DNA of 64,000 bases. Source: Acidobacteriota bacterium. Its GTDB lineage: Bacteria > Acidobacteriota > CAIWXX01. The stretch's first letter is position 1; each line of letters opens with the position of its first letter. Shown here in pieces: positions 19,892-28,493 of this stretch. The stretch lies in NCBI GenBank assembly GCA_040755995.1, contig JBFMAF010000034.1, positions 32,001 through 96,000 on the forward strand, read 5' to 3'. The translations under genes were made by a program, and so were the position numbers. The notes under the pieces were generated by a model that was not told where the DNA came from, ran no database searches, and saw nothing but the letters and a program-made list of their open reading frames with translations.

Positions 19892-20212
19892 CTAGACGCA
19901 GCCGGTGGGTTTCGGAAGCCCGGCGACCTTGCAGGCTCCCTTGGCCGGACCTGACGGGAACAGTTCGTAGACCTTCTTCAGGTTGAAGCCGGTGTCCTTG
20001 CAGAGCTTGCGGATCATCGGGGCGATCTTGAACTCGAGGTAGTAGCCGCGCAGATAGCGCACGAGCTTCCAGTGGTCATCGGTCAACTCCGCGATGCCCT
20101 CTTCCTTCAGGGCCAGCTCCTTCGCGACCTCGTCGTCCCAGAGCTCCGGGTCCTGAATGAAACCGTCTTCGTCTACTTCGAGGGTCTTCCCACCCAGTTG
20201 GACTTGTGCCAT
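19892..20212 (-). CDS. dsrC: Sulfur carrier DsrC
   Basis: DEDGFI, C-terminal GACKVAGLPKPTGCV with both conserved cysteines; position in dsr operon. Confidence 0.95.
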   Translation of the reverse strand: MAQVQLGGKTLEVDEDGFIQDPELWDDEVAKELALKEEGIAELTDDHWKLVRYLRGYYLEFKIAPMIRKLCKDTGFNLKKVYELFPSGPAKGACKVAGLPKPTGCV

Positions 20213-20276
20213 GCTTATTCCCCTTTCCGTTGTGTCTTCGATTCAAGCGACGTTGCGACCAATCGATACTCCAGTT

Positions 20277-21764
20277 TCATAACGCCCTCGCATGCAGCCC
20301 GGCGAGGTCGTGCCTGCACGCGCCTTCGATGCAACCCATGCCTGCCGTGCCGGAGCTTCGCCTGCGGAAGGCGAGCGCCGTCCTCACAAGTGTCTCGGCC
20401 CATTCGGGGCAGCCGAGAGCATGGATGTGCAGGAAAGACGCCAGCACGTTCCTGTAGACGAGCCCGTCCCGTTCCCCGTCGAATCCATAACCTCTCTCGA
20501 CTCGAAAGGCCGTGCGGATGAGCTCGCTTTCGGCAGATCGAACGAATGAGTATCGGAACTCATGTCCCCGAATGACGGCTCCGATCGGAAAGTACGGGTT
20601 GGCCCGATCCGCCACCACGCAGGCGTATCCGTGTCCCATGGGACGCTTCCCCAGCTCGAAGGTCACGGGGACGACGCCCGTCATCGCATGGGCCACTCCG
20701 TCTACGACCAGGCTCTCGGCCAGGTAGATCAAGCCTCCGCATTCGGCGAACACCGGCATGCCTGACTCCACGGCCCGCCGGATCGATGCGCGGAAGCCGG
20801 TGTTGTTCTCCAGCGCGGCTGCGTGTGTCTCCGGGTAGCCTCCCCCGATGTACAGCGCGTCGATGGGCGGTAGCTGCCGGTCGGCCATGGAGTCAAGGAA
20901 AACGAGGTGAGCCCCGGCTCGCTCCAGTGCCTCCAGGTTCTCCGGGTAGTAGAACGTGAAGGCCGAGTCGCGGATGACCCCGATTCGCACGCTGGTCGTG
21001 GCCCAGGCATGCCCCTCTGCCTGGGCCGCGCGTGACCAGCGGAGTTCCGGCGCCTTTTGGGCGAGATCCATGACCGTGACCACATCCACGTGTTTGGCGA
21101 CGGCCTCGCGTGCCGCCTCTGTCGGCCGTTCGCGTTCCGGGTGCTCGGCCGGCGTGAGCAGCCCGAGGTGCCGTTCGGGAAGCGCGAGATCATGTATCTT
21201 CGGAACGCAGCCGAGCACAGGGACCCCACAAACCTGCTCGACTGCGCCCCGAATCGCATGTTCCTGCCGTTTCGTACCAGTGCGGTTGAGGATGACGCCC
21301 GCAATAGGCGCATCGGGATCCATCTTCTGGCAGCCGAGAACCATAGCCGCGACGGTCCTCGTCGCCCGTGTGCAGTCCACAACGAGGATCACGGGTGTCT
21401 GGAGCTCTCTGGCGAGCTCGGCCGAGCTGCCCTCGGCATTTGCGCCGAGCCCGTCGTGAAACCCGTGATTCGCCTCGACGATGACCAGATCCGCGCCCAC
21501 GCTCGATTCCGCCACGGACCGGCGGATCACGTCGCTCGACATCAGGTACGCGTCAAGGTTACGGCATGGTCGCCCCGCAGCCTCGCCGAGCCAGGCGGGA
21601 TCGATATAGTCCGGTCCCTTCTTGAACGGGGCGACAGCGAGGCCGCGGGAGCGCAGCTCGGCGATCAGACCTATGGTCAGAAACGTCTTGCCGCTTCCTC
21701 CGCGCAGCCCACTGATCATGAGCCGCGGGCAGTCCCGGGCCTCGCCCCGAACGCTGGGCGTCAT
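20277..21764 (-). CDS. dsrN: Siroheme amidase (cobyrinate a,c-diamide synthase-like) DsrN
   Basis: GGSGKT, FKKGPDYID, LPERHLGL, FYYPEN, AECGG, RGHEF; position in dsr operon. Confidence 0.9.
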   Translation of the reverse strand: MTPSVRGEARDCPRLMISGLRGGSGKTFLTIGLIAELRSRGLAVAPFKKGPDYIDPAWLGEAAGRPCRNLDAYLMSSDVIRRSVAESSVGADLVIVEANHGFHDGLGANAEGSSAELARELQTPVILVVDCTRATRTVAAMVLGCQKMDPDAPIAGVILNRTGTKRQEHAIRGAVEQVCGVPVLGCVPKIHDLALPERHLGLLTPAEHPERERPTEAAREAVAKHVDVVTVMDLAQKAPELRWSRAAQAEGHAWATTSVRIGVIRDSAFTFYYPENLEALERAGAHLVFLDSMADRQLPPIDALYIGGGYPETHAAALENNTGFRASIRRAVESGMPVFAECGGLIYLAESLVVDGVAHAMTGVVPVTFELGKRPMGHGYACVVADRANPYFPIGAVIRGHEFRYSFVRSAESELIRTAFRVERGYGFDGERDGLVYRNVLASFLHIHALGCPEWAETLVRTALAFRRRSSGTAGMGCIEGACRHDLAGLHARAL

Positions 21765-21784
21765 TCCTTGTTCTCGATCTCGAA

Positions 21785-22033
21785 TCAGCTGCCCTTGGCC
21801 TCCGGTGGGATCTCCACGAAGCTACCGCCAAAGTAGGTGTAGACCAACCGCTCGGAGTCGACGAGCGAGCGAATCGCCTTCTTGCAGATGTCCTTGTTGC
21901 ACCGGTCCGGGCCAAAAAACTGGACCGCGGCCTTCTCGAGGTCCATCGGTTTCAGCTTCTTGACGCCGGTGGCATCCTTGACCATCCGGTACATCGCTTC
22001 GGCGACTTCTTCTATACTAACTGGTTCAGCCAT
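21785..22033 (-). CDS. dsrD: DsrD
   Basis: 82 aa winged-helix-sized protein immediately after dsrB; KKAIRSLVDSERLVYTYFGGS resembles the DsrD C-terminal half. Confidence 0.75.
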   Translation of the reverse strand: MAEPVSIEEVAEAMYRMVKDATGVKKLKPMDLEKAAVQFFGPDRCNKDICKKAIRSLVDSERLVYTYFGGSFVEIPPEAKGS

Positions 22034-22044
22034 GGATCAGCTCC

Positions 22045-23118
22045 CTAGTCCCTCCGGTGCGCGGACCGCTTGAAGGACAGTCCGGCGTACCGGAAGTCAT
22101 CGATGTGTTGCTTGGTGAACTGGATGCCCGTCTTCTGGAAGAAGCGCGGCCATCCGATGCGCTCGATCCATTCGCCCATGCGCTCGTACTTCCGCGCATC
22201 GGCCGCCCAGACTTCCACCAGGTTCTTTACGGCCCCCACGACCTCGGGCCACCGTGGTGGGTTGTTGGGCAGGAACGGGATTGCCAGCTTGGAGAAGCGC
22301 GGTTCGGATCTCGCGTTGCTGACCTTGCCGCCGACCCAGATCGAGACGCCGTCATTGAGCGGATCGTTGAGCGGCATGGCCGGGCAGACGGTGTAGCAGT
22401 TCGCGCAGAACATGCACTGCTCCTCGATTACCTCGACGGTCTCGACACCCTCGATCCGCTTCGGCCGGATCGCAGCCGTCGGGCAGGACGCCACGACCGA
22501 CGGGATCTCGCACATCTTCGGCAGCTTCTCTTTGTCGAGCTTCGGCGGACGGCGGTGGATGCCGAGGATGGCGATGTCCGAGCAGTGGACGGCACCGCAC
22601 ATGTTCAGGCAGCAGGCCAGAGCGAGGCGGAGCTTGCCCGGGAGTTTCATCGTTGTGAAGTACTCGATGAGCTCATCCATGACCGCCTTCACGACGCCCG
22701 ATGCGTCGGTAGCGGCCGAGTGGCAGTGCACCCAGCCCTGTGTGTGGACGATGTTGGATATCGAGTTACCGATCCCGCCGACGGGACGCCCAGCGGCCGT
22801 GAGATCCGCGACCAGCGGATCGATCCTGGCCGGGTCTGTGAGCAGGAATTCGACGTTGTTGCGGCTGGTGAATCTCAGGTGCCCGCCGCAGTACTTGTCG
22901 GCGAGGTCGCAGTAGAAGCGGATAGTATCGATGGCGATCAGCCGTGGCGACGCGGCGCGCACCGTGAACAGCTTGTCGCCGCTCTCGGCGACGTGCACCA
23001 TGACCCCCGGCTTAAGTACCTCGTGATAGGCCCACTTGCCGTAGTTCTTCTTCACGACGGGGGGCAGGAATTTCTCGTAGTGTGGCGGCCCAATATCAGT
23101 CAAGCGTTCCGTTGTCAT
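22045..23118 (-). CDS. dsrB: Dissimilatory sulfite reductase beta subunit
   Basis: [52 protein letters not shown]. Confidence 0.97.
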   Translation of the reverse strand: MTTERLTDIGPPHYEKFLPPVVKKNYGKWAYHEVLKPGVMVHVAESGDKLFTVRAASPRLIAIDTIRFYCDLADKYCGGHLRFTSRNNVEFLLTDPARIDPLVADLTAAGRPVGGIGNSISNIVHTQGWVHCHSAATDASGVVKAVMDELIEYFTTMKLPGKLRLALACCLNMCGAVHCSDIAILGIHRRPPKLDKEKLPKMCEIPSVVASCPTAAIRPKRIEGVETVEVIEEQCMFCANCYTVCPAMPLNDPLNDGVSIWVGGKVSNARSEPRFSKLAIPFLPNNPPRWPEVVGAVKNLVEVWAADARKYERMGEWIERIGWPRFFQKTGIQFTKQHIDDFRYAGLSFKRSAHRRD

Positions 23119-23142
23119 ATCTGGTTTCTCCTTTCCTCGCCT

Positions 23143-24351
23143 CTAGTTTCCAGCTTCCTCGTCCGCCACCTCGTACTCCTCGTAGAAGACGTACGGGTTG
23201 TCTCGCGGATAGGCGACCATTTCGGGGATCGGCTCGATGCCCACGGCTTCGAGGAAGTTGCCCATGCCTACGCGCTGGATGAACTCGCCGATGCGCTCGC
23301 GGTTCTTGCCTTCCTCGCTCCAGAGATCGAGCATCTTCGCCAACAGGTCCTTGAGCTCCTGATTAGGCAGTTCCATTTTTATGAATGGTATCAGCACGGA
23401 GGAGAGCATGGCACCCTGTACGATCGGCGCCTTGGAGCCGAGCAGGATTGTGGCACCGCGGTCGGCGCCGGGCTTCAGGGCCTTGGTCATCACGTTGATG
23501 CAGTGCATGCACTTCACGCAGAACTGGTTCTCGATCGCGAGGGCCTTGCCATCCCAGCTCATGCACTTGCTCGGGCAGAGGTCGCAGACGTCCTTCTGCA
23601 CGTCCAGGCCCTTCTTCGCGTATTCCTGAACGGCGTCCTGGTTGATCTGGATCGGTCCGCGCCAGGTTCCGATGATGCTCAGGTCCGCGCGCGCCACGGA
23701 AGCCACGCAGTCGTTCGGGCAGCCGGAGCACTTGATCTTGAACTTGTATGGGAATGCCGGCCGGTGGAGCTCATCCTGGAAGTGCATGGTGAAGTCGTAG
23801 CAGGTGGCCATCGTGTCGTAGCAGGCCCACTCGCAGCGGCCCATACCGACGCAGCAGCTGGGCGTCCGCACATCCGAGCCCGAGCCGCCCAGGTCGAATC
23901 CCGCATGTGTCAGCTCGGAGAACACGGTCTCGAGCTTGTCTGTGGAGGTCCCCAGCAGGATGATGTCACCTGTCGACCCGTGCATGTTGGTGATGCCGGA
24001 TCCGTATTTTTCCCAAATGTCGCAAACCTTGCGCAGGGCCTCTGACGTGTAGAACCATCCGGCGGGTTGGTTGATACGCATCGTGTGGAAATGCGCAATG
24101 TTGGGGAACTTGTCGGGCACATCAGAATACCGCCCGATGACGCCGCCTCCGTACCCGCGCACGCCGACTATGCCACCGTGCTTCCAGTGCCCGATCTTCT
24201 CGTTGTAGGAAAGCTCGAGGACACCCAGAAGATCTTTGGCTGGGTCGCTTCTAGCGGCGGCCAACTTGATCTCGCGCACGAAGCTCGGCCACTGGCCCTT
24301 CTCCAGCTCGCTCAGCTTCGGCGTTTCCGGCAGTTTCTTCGCTTCACCCAT
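23143..24351 (-). CDS. dsrA: Dissimilatory sulfite reductase alpha subunit
   Basis: HWKHGGIVGV.GYGGGVIGRY, NMHGSTGD, CVGMGRC and CPNDC siroheme/Fe-S motifs. Confidence 0.97.
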   Translation of the reverse strand: MGEAKKLPETPKLSELEKGQWPSFVREIKLAAARSDPAKDLLGVLELSYNEKIGHWKHGGIVGVRGYGGGVIGRYSDVPDKFPNIAHFHTMRINQPAGWFYTSEALRKVCDIWEKYGSGITNMHGSTGDIILLGTSTDKLETVFSELTHAGFDLGGSGSDVRTPSCCVGMGRCEWACYDTMATCYDFTMHFQDELHRPAFPYKFKIKCSGCPNDCVASVARADLSIIGTWRGPIQINQDAVQEYAKKGLDVQKDVCDLCPSKCMSWDGKALAIENQFCVKCMHCINVMTKALKPGADRGATILLGSKAPIVQGAMLSSVLIPFIKMELPNQELKDLLAKMLDLWSEEGKNRERIGEFIQRVGMGNFLEAVGIEPIPEMVAYPRDNPYVFYEEYEVADEEAGN

Positions 24352-24398
24352 GTGTTTGCAGCTCCTCTCGTTTTGGCGGCCGGCCCTTGGGCGCGAGC

Positions 24399-26072
24399 CT
24401 ACCGCATTTCAATGTAACCGCAGGGGCATTCCTCTGCGCACTTCTTGCAACCCTGACAGAATTCCAGCTTGAACTTGTAAGGCTCGTTCCTGTCCATCGG
24501 CTTCACGATGGCCTGGTCCTGGCAGTACTTCCAGCAGCTATCGCAAGTGAAGCACAGCCCGCAGCTCATGCACCGCTTGGCCTCGGCGATCGCCTGCTCC
24601 ATCGAGAGCCCCAGATTGACCTCGCCGTCCGGATCCGCGAACCGCTGCTCGACAGGTACCGCAGAGGCCTGCGCCCGCGCTATCCTCTGGTAGAAATCGA
24701 GCTTCATCTTGTTGTGCGCGATCGGAGGCGGCGGCACCTCATCTACGAACGGAATCCCACGCAGCCGATGATGGATAGTCTCGGCGGCGCGCCGCCCGTG
24801 GTATATAGCCGTGGTCACGATGCCGAGCTCCAGTATGTCGCCCCCCGCAAACGTGTTCGCAACGGCCGTCTCGCCGCGTTCGTCTACCGGAATCCAGCCC
24901 TTCGGGCCCTTCAACGAATCGAGCCCAGTCCAGATCGGTTCCTGGCTGATGGCCGGAATAATGAAAGACGCGGGAACGAAGAACTCTGATCCCTTGATCG
25001 GAACCGGGCGCCGGCGCCCGCTGGCATCAGGCTCCCCAAGCTCCATTCTCAAGCAAGTCATGCCCGACGCGCGTCCGTTCTCGGCGACGATGGCCACCGG
25101 AGCCGCGAGGAACTCGATCTTGATCCCTTCGTGCTCGGCGTCTTCAATCTCATGTTTGATTGCGGGCATCTCGGCAATCGTGCGGCGGTAAACGATAGTG
25201 ACGTTCGCGCCCAGCCGCTTGGATACGCGGGCGGCGTCGATTGCCGTGTCCCCACCTCCGATCACGATCACGTTGCCGCCGACCTCAATCCTCTCGCCGG
25301 TGTTTACACGATGGAGGAACTCGGCACCCGTGAGGACATTGGAGGAATCCTCGCCGGCCACCCCGAGTCTGGCTCCCTTGTGAGCACCGATCCCGACGAA
25401 GATCGCCTGGTGACTCTGGCGCACCTCGTCGAGTGAGATGTCCTTGCCGACCATCGTGTTGAGCCTCAGCTCTACACCCAGCGCGAGCAGCCGATCTATC
25501 TCGGCATCCAGGACGGCGTGAGGCAGGCGGTACTTGGGAATGCCATACCGCAACATCCCGCCCGCCTTCGGGAAGGATTCGAAGACCGTCACCGAATAGC
25601 CGCGACGTGCCAACTGGTACGCGCAGGAAAGGCCGGCTGGCCCGGAACCTATCACGGCGACTTTCTCAGACTGTCGTTCGTCGGTCAGTCGCTTCAGCTC
25701 CAGCTTGTTCTCCAGCGCGAAGTCCCCGATGGCTCGCTCGATGCAGTTGATCGACACGGGCCCATCCACATGCTCGCGGTTACACTGATCTTCGCACAGG
25801 TGAGGACAGACCCTGCCGCAGACGGCTGGGAGCGGGTTCTTCTCCGTCACGATGCCAAAAGCCTCTCGAAAGGCCTGGTCGTAGCTTTTCCCCTTGTTTT
25901 CGGCCTGCGCGATCGTCGTGATGATTCCACGAACGTCGGTCTGGTTCGGGCAACCGGTCGAGCATGGTGGCGTTTTGAGTACGTACAGGGGCCGGAGAGG
26001 CGATGTCTCCCGCGCACTGGTGCTCGCTCCCGTGCCCACACCCAACTTGCGGACTTTCTTGACGACGGCCAC
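24399..26072 (-). CDS. dsrL: DsrL iron-sulfur flavoprotein (NAD(P)H oxidoreductase), DsrL-2-like
   Basis: N-terminal Fe-S motifs (CSTGCP, CGRVCP), GSGPAG, GGGDTA, YRR motif, CMSCGLC linker, C-terminal CQGCKKCAEECPCGYIEM; directly upstream of dsrA. Confidence 0.9.
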   Translation of the reverse strand: MAVVKKVRKLGVGTGASTSARETSPLRPLYVLKTPPCSTGCPNQTDVRGIITTIAQAENKGKSYDQAFREAFGIVTEKNPLPAVCGRVCPHLCEDQCNREHVDGPVSINCIERAIGDFALENKLELKRLTDERQSEKVAVIGSGPAGLSCAYQLARRGYSVTVFESFPKAGGMLRYGIPKYRLPHAVLDAEIDRLLALGVELRLNTMVGKDISLDEVRQSHQAIFVGIGAHKGARLGVAGEDSSNVLTGAEFLHRVNTGERIEVGGNVIVIGGGDTAIDAARVSKRLGANVTIVYRRTIAEMPAIKHEIEDAEHEGIKIEFLAAPVAIVAENGRASGMTCLRMELGEPDASGRRRPVPIKGSEFFVPASFIIPAISQEPIWTGLDSLKGPKGWIPVDERGETAVANTFAGGDILELGIVTTAIYHGRRAAETIHHRLRGIPFVDEVPPPPIAHNKMKLDFYQRIARAQASAVPVEQRFADPDGEVNLGLSMEQAIAEAKRCMSCGLCFTCDSCWKYCQDQAIVKPMDRNEPYKFKLEFCQGCKKCAEECPCGYIEMR

Positions 26073-26145
26073 TCTTGAAATCTCCTTTCCCTAGCACTGC
26101 CCATCCATCGGGAGGGGCATGAGTCTAGCCCAATCTGCTAGTTAG

Positions 26146-26162
26146 AGCAAAGACTTTGCCAA
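26146..26162 (-). promoter_or_regulatory. Sigma-54 (-24/-12) promoter of the dsrL operon
   Basis: Minus strand TTGGCAAAGTCTTTGCT: GG-N10-GC with TGGCA and TTGC flanks, about 75 bp upstream of the dsrL start. Confidence 0.75.
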
Positions 26163-26225
26163 CAGCCCGGCGTGTCAGAATTCCTTGAGAAAGCGGCTCG
26201 GATGTCCTTCCCCTGCAGCGGCGGC

Positions 26226-26243
26226 CATTACCGAAAGGTAACA
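26226..26243. promoter_or_regulatory. Palindromic operator/UAS box 1
   Basis: CATTACC-GAAA-GGTAACA; variant of the perfect box at 26724. Confidence 0.65.
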
Positions 26244-26328
26244 TTGGGCACCCAGGTGTCACCTCCGCGAAACCATACTCCCCGACCGTCATATTGCCGG
26301 CGAGACCCCGCTCTCTCAGCCCGATACT

Positions 26329-26550
26329 TCAGGTGGCCGGACGCCGGGGAATCCCGAGTATCTTCGTCTTCTTCCACAGCGTCTTCCGGCTGATCCCCAG
26401 CATCTGCGCGGCCTTGCCCCGGTTGCCGCCGGTCAGCTGCAGGACCGAGATGATATGCGCACGTTCGGCCTCCTCTCTGATGCGATCGAGCGGCCTGTGC
26501 GAAGCATCAACCTCCTTGTCGCCATTCCCCTGCTTCTTCTCGCTTTCCAT
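26329..26550 (-). CDS. Stand-alone Fis-type (HTH_8) DNA-binding protein
   Basis: ERAHIISVLQLTGGNRGKAAQMLGISRKTLWKK matches the Fis/EBP C-terminal HTH; GAGGG RBS. Confidence 0.75.
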   Translation of the reverse strand: MESEKKQGNGDKEVDASHRPLDRIREEAERAHIISVLQLTGGNRGKAAQMLGISRKTLWKKTKILGIPRRPAT

Positions 26551-26723
26551 CCCTCAGTCCTGCGGCAGCTCCTGCCCGAGACGCTAGCTTCCTCCACGCA
26601 ATTCGGTCGCCTCAAGCAAGTACCTTGCCATCCGCCTGCCTGCCCTCCGAACCGGTCGACGCCTGGGTCGCGGAACTGCGCAGACTTTGGGGCGGGCGCC
26701 TCACGCCCCCACATCCCCATCCG

Positions 26724-26741
26724 TGTTACCTTGAGGTAACA
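26724..26741. promoter_or_regulatory. Palindromic operator/UAS box 2
   Basis: Perfect inverted repeat TGTTACC-TTGA-GGTAACA. Confidence 0.7.
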
Positions 26742-26772
26742 AATCGTCCACCGGACCGCTCAAGAAGTTGGC

Positions 26773-26788
26773 GGGCACGTCTCTTGCT
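26773..26788 (+). promoter_or_regulatory. Sigma-54 promoter of the cytidylate-kinase-like gene
   Basis: GGGCACGTCTCTTGCT: GG-N10-GC. Confidence 0.7.
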
Positions 26789-26839
26789 ATTGAATGGGCG
26801 GGTCAGGCACGGCTGGGTCTGGACCGTGGGAAGCTACAT

Positions 26840-27631
26840 ATGGCGATAGTTACGATCTCGCGCGGCACACTTAGTGGCGGCCGGCGGCTTGCGACATGCC
26901 TCGCGGCGGGGCTCGGGTATCAGGTGATCAGCCGCGAGCTGCTGGCGGAGGCGGCGCGGAGGTACGGAGTAGACGAGCAGAACCTGATCAGGGGTGTGGA
27001 GCAGCCGCCGTCGTTCTGGGAGCGGTTCCGGACAGACCGCCAGGTGTACCTGGAGGTCATCCGAGCCACTCTGTGCCAGCTTGTGAGACAGGACAATGTC
27101 GTCTACCACGGGCACGCCGGGCACATGCTGCTCCAGGGTGTCGAGCACGTGCTGCGGGTGCGGGTTATTGCGCCCATGGCCTACCGGGTGAGGGCTGCCA
27201 TGGCGACTCAGGGCCTGGGTGAGAAGGAGGCCGAGGCGTACATTCGCAGGAAGGACGAGGAGCGAGCTGCCTGGACGAGGTTTCTGCACGGGGTCGCCTG
27301 GGACGACCCCGGCCTCTACGACCTCACCTTCAACCTGGAAAACGTTACGGTCGAGGCAGCCTGCGAAGCGATCGTGAGGATGGTGGACCGGCCGGAATTC
27401 CGGATGACCGTCGACAGCATGAGACGCCTCGAGGACTTGTACGTCGCCAGCCATGTCCGGAGCATGCTCTTCCTCAACCCCAAGGTCGGGATGGCCGCAT
27501 CCAAGATCGACGTGACGGCTTCCTCAGGTGTCGTTCGACTCTCAGGGCTGCCACCCGGCGATGTGCTTGTGGCGGAGGCTGTCCGGACTTGCCGGCAGAT
27601 GCCGGAGGTCAAGGACGTGCAGGCTGGGTAA
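26840..27631 (+). CDS. Cytidylate-kinase-like family protein with C-terminal BON-like domain
   Basis: IVTISRGTLSGG degenerate P-loop, VVYHGHAGH, LRVRVIAP, YDLTFN; IDVTASSGVVRLSG BON-like tail. Confidence 0.8.
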   Translation: MAIVTISRGTLSGGRRLATCLAAGLGYQVISRELLAEAARRYGVDEQNLIRGVEQPPSFWERFRTDRQVYLEVIRATLCQLVRQDNVVYHGHAGHMLLQGVEHVLRVRVIAPMAYRVRAAMATQGLGEKEAEAYIRRKDEERAAWTRFLHGVAWDDPGLYDLTFNLENVTVEAACEAIVRMVDRPEFRMTVDSMRRLEDLYVASHVRSMLFLNPKVGMAASKIDVTASSGVVRLSGLPPGDVLVAEAVRTCRQMPEVKDVQAG

Positions 27632-27666
27632 GGGCGCTCGAAGACCAGAACTGCCGAGGCGGCCGA

Positions 27667-27684
27667 AGTTTCCAAGAGGTAACA
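27667..27684. promoter_or_regulatory. Palindromic operator/UAS box 3
   Basis: AGTTTCC-AAGA-GGTAACA; variant of the box at 26724. Confidence 0.65.
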
Positions 27685-27801
27685 TCCCATTCCGCCGGAA
27701 TCGCACCGTGCCCGTCCGGCCTCGCGTGTATCTGCTTGATTTCTATCGACAATCTATGGGATCGCGGACTGGTACGGCCGTTGTCACCGACTTCAGTCCT
27801 C

Positions 27802-27817
27802 AGGCACAACTCTTGCT
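27802..27817 (+). promoter_or_regulatory. Sigma-54 promoter of the apr-qmo-sat operon
   Basis: AGGCACAACTCTTGCT: GG-N10-GC. Confidence 0.7.
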
Positions 27818-28042
27818 AGCGTTCATGATGCGCCGATGGCGCGCGCGGTCGCGAGTCTGCGCATGTGGAAACCTTGGAAAGGGAGGTGGTGGGCGGAGAA
27901 AGAGACGAGATCGGAGAAACTCAAGAGGGTGTTCTCCCGGCGATCAGCACCGGTGAGAGCAGGAGTCAAACGCATTCTTTCTTAAGAAAGGGGCAAAGCG
28001 GTAACGGCGGCCAGGCCGCTTATCGCTGCGAGGAGGTAATTC

Positions 28043-28480
28043 ATGCCAAGTTACGTCAACCCGGACAAGTGTGATGGCTGCAAGGCGCTGGACAAGACCG
28101 CCTGCCAGTACATTTGCCCGAACGACCTCATGGTTTTGAACAAGGACACCATGAAGGCGTACAACCGGGAACCCGAGATGTGCTGGGAGTGCTACAACTG
28201 CGTGAAGATCTGCCCGACGCAGGCAGTCGCAGTTCGCGGCTACGCGGACTTCGTGCCGATGGGCGCGGACGTAGTGCCGTTGCGCTCTACTGACAACATA
28301 ATGTGGACGGTGAAGTTCCGCAACGGGAGCGTGAAGCGCTTCAAGTTCCCGATCCGGACCACTACAGAGGGTCAGGCAGTTCCATCCGGCGGCTGGGAAA
28401 CCGCGCCATCTATCGATGGCCCAACACTGTCCAGCGAACCCGAATCCCTTGGCCTGCCCGAAGTGTGGACCAAGAAGTAG
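28043..28480 (+). CDS. aprB: Adenylylsulfate reductase beta subunit
   Basis: MPSYV, CDGCK...CQYICPNDLM, CWECYNCVKICP, RFKFPIRTT. Confidence 0.97.
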   Translation: MPSYVNPDKCDGCKALDKTACQYICPNDLMVLNKDTMKAYNREPEMCWECYNCVKICPTQAVAVRGYADFVPMGADVVPLRSTDNIMWTVKFRNGSVKRFKFPIRTTTEGQAVPSGGWETAPSIDGPTLSSEPESLGLPEVWTKK

Positions 28481-28493
28481 GTAGGAGGCGCAC

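Noticed and set aside
22057..24045. 662 aa plus-strand ORF
   Set aside because: Antisense shadow of dsrA/dsrB caused by high-GC codon bias
27769..27785. Second sigma-54-like site TGGTACGGCCGTTGTC upstream of aprB
   Set aside because: Has GT rather than GC at -12; the site at 27802 fits better
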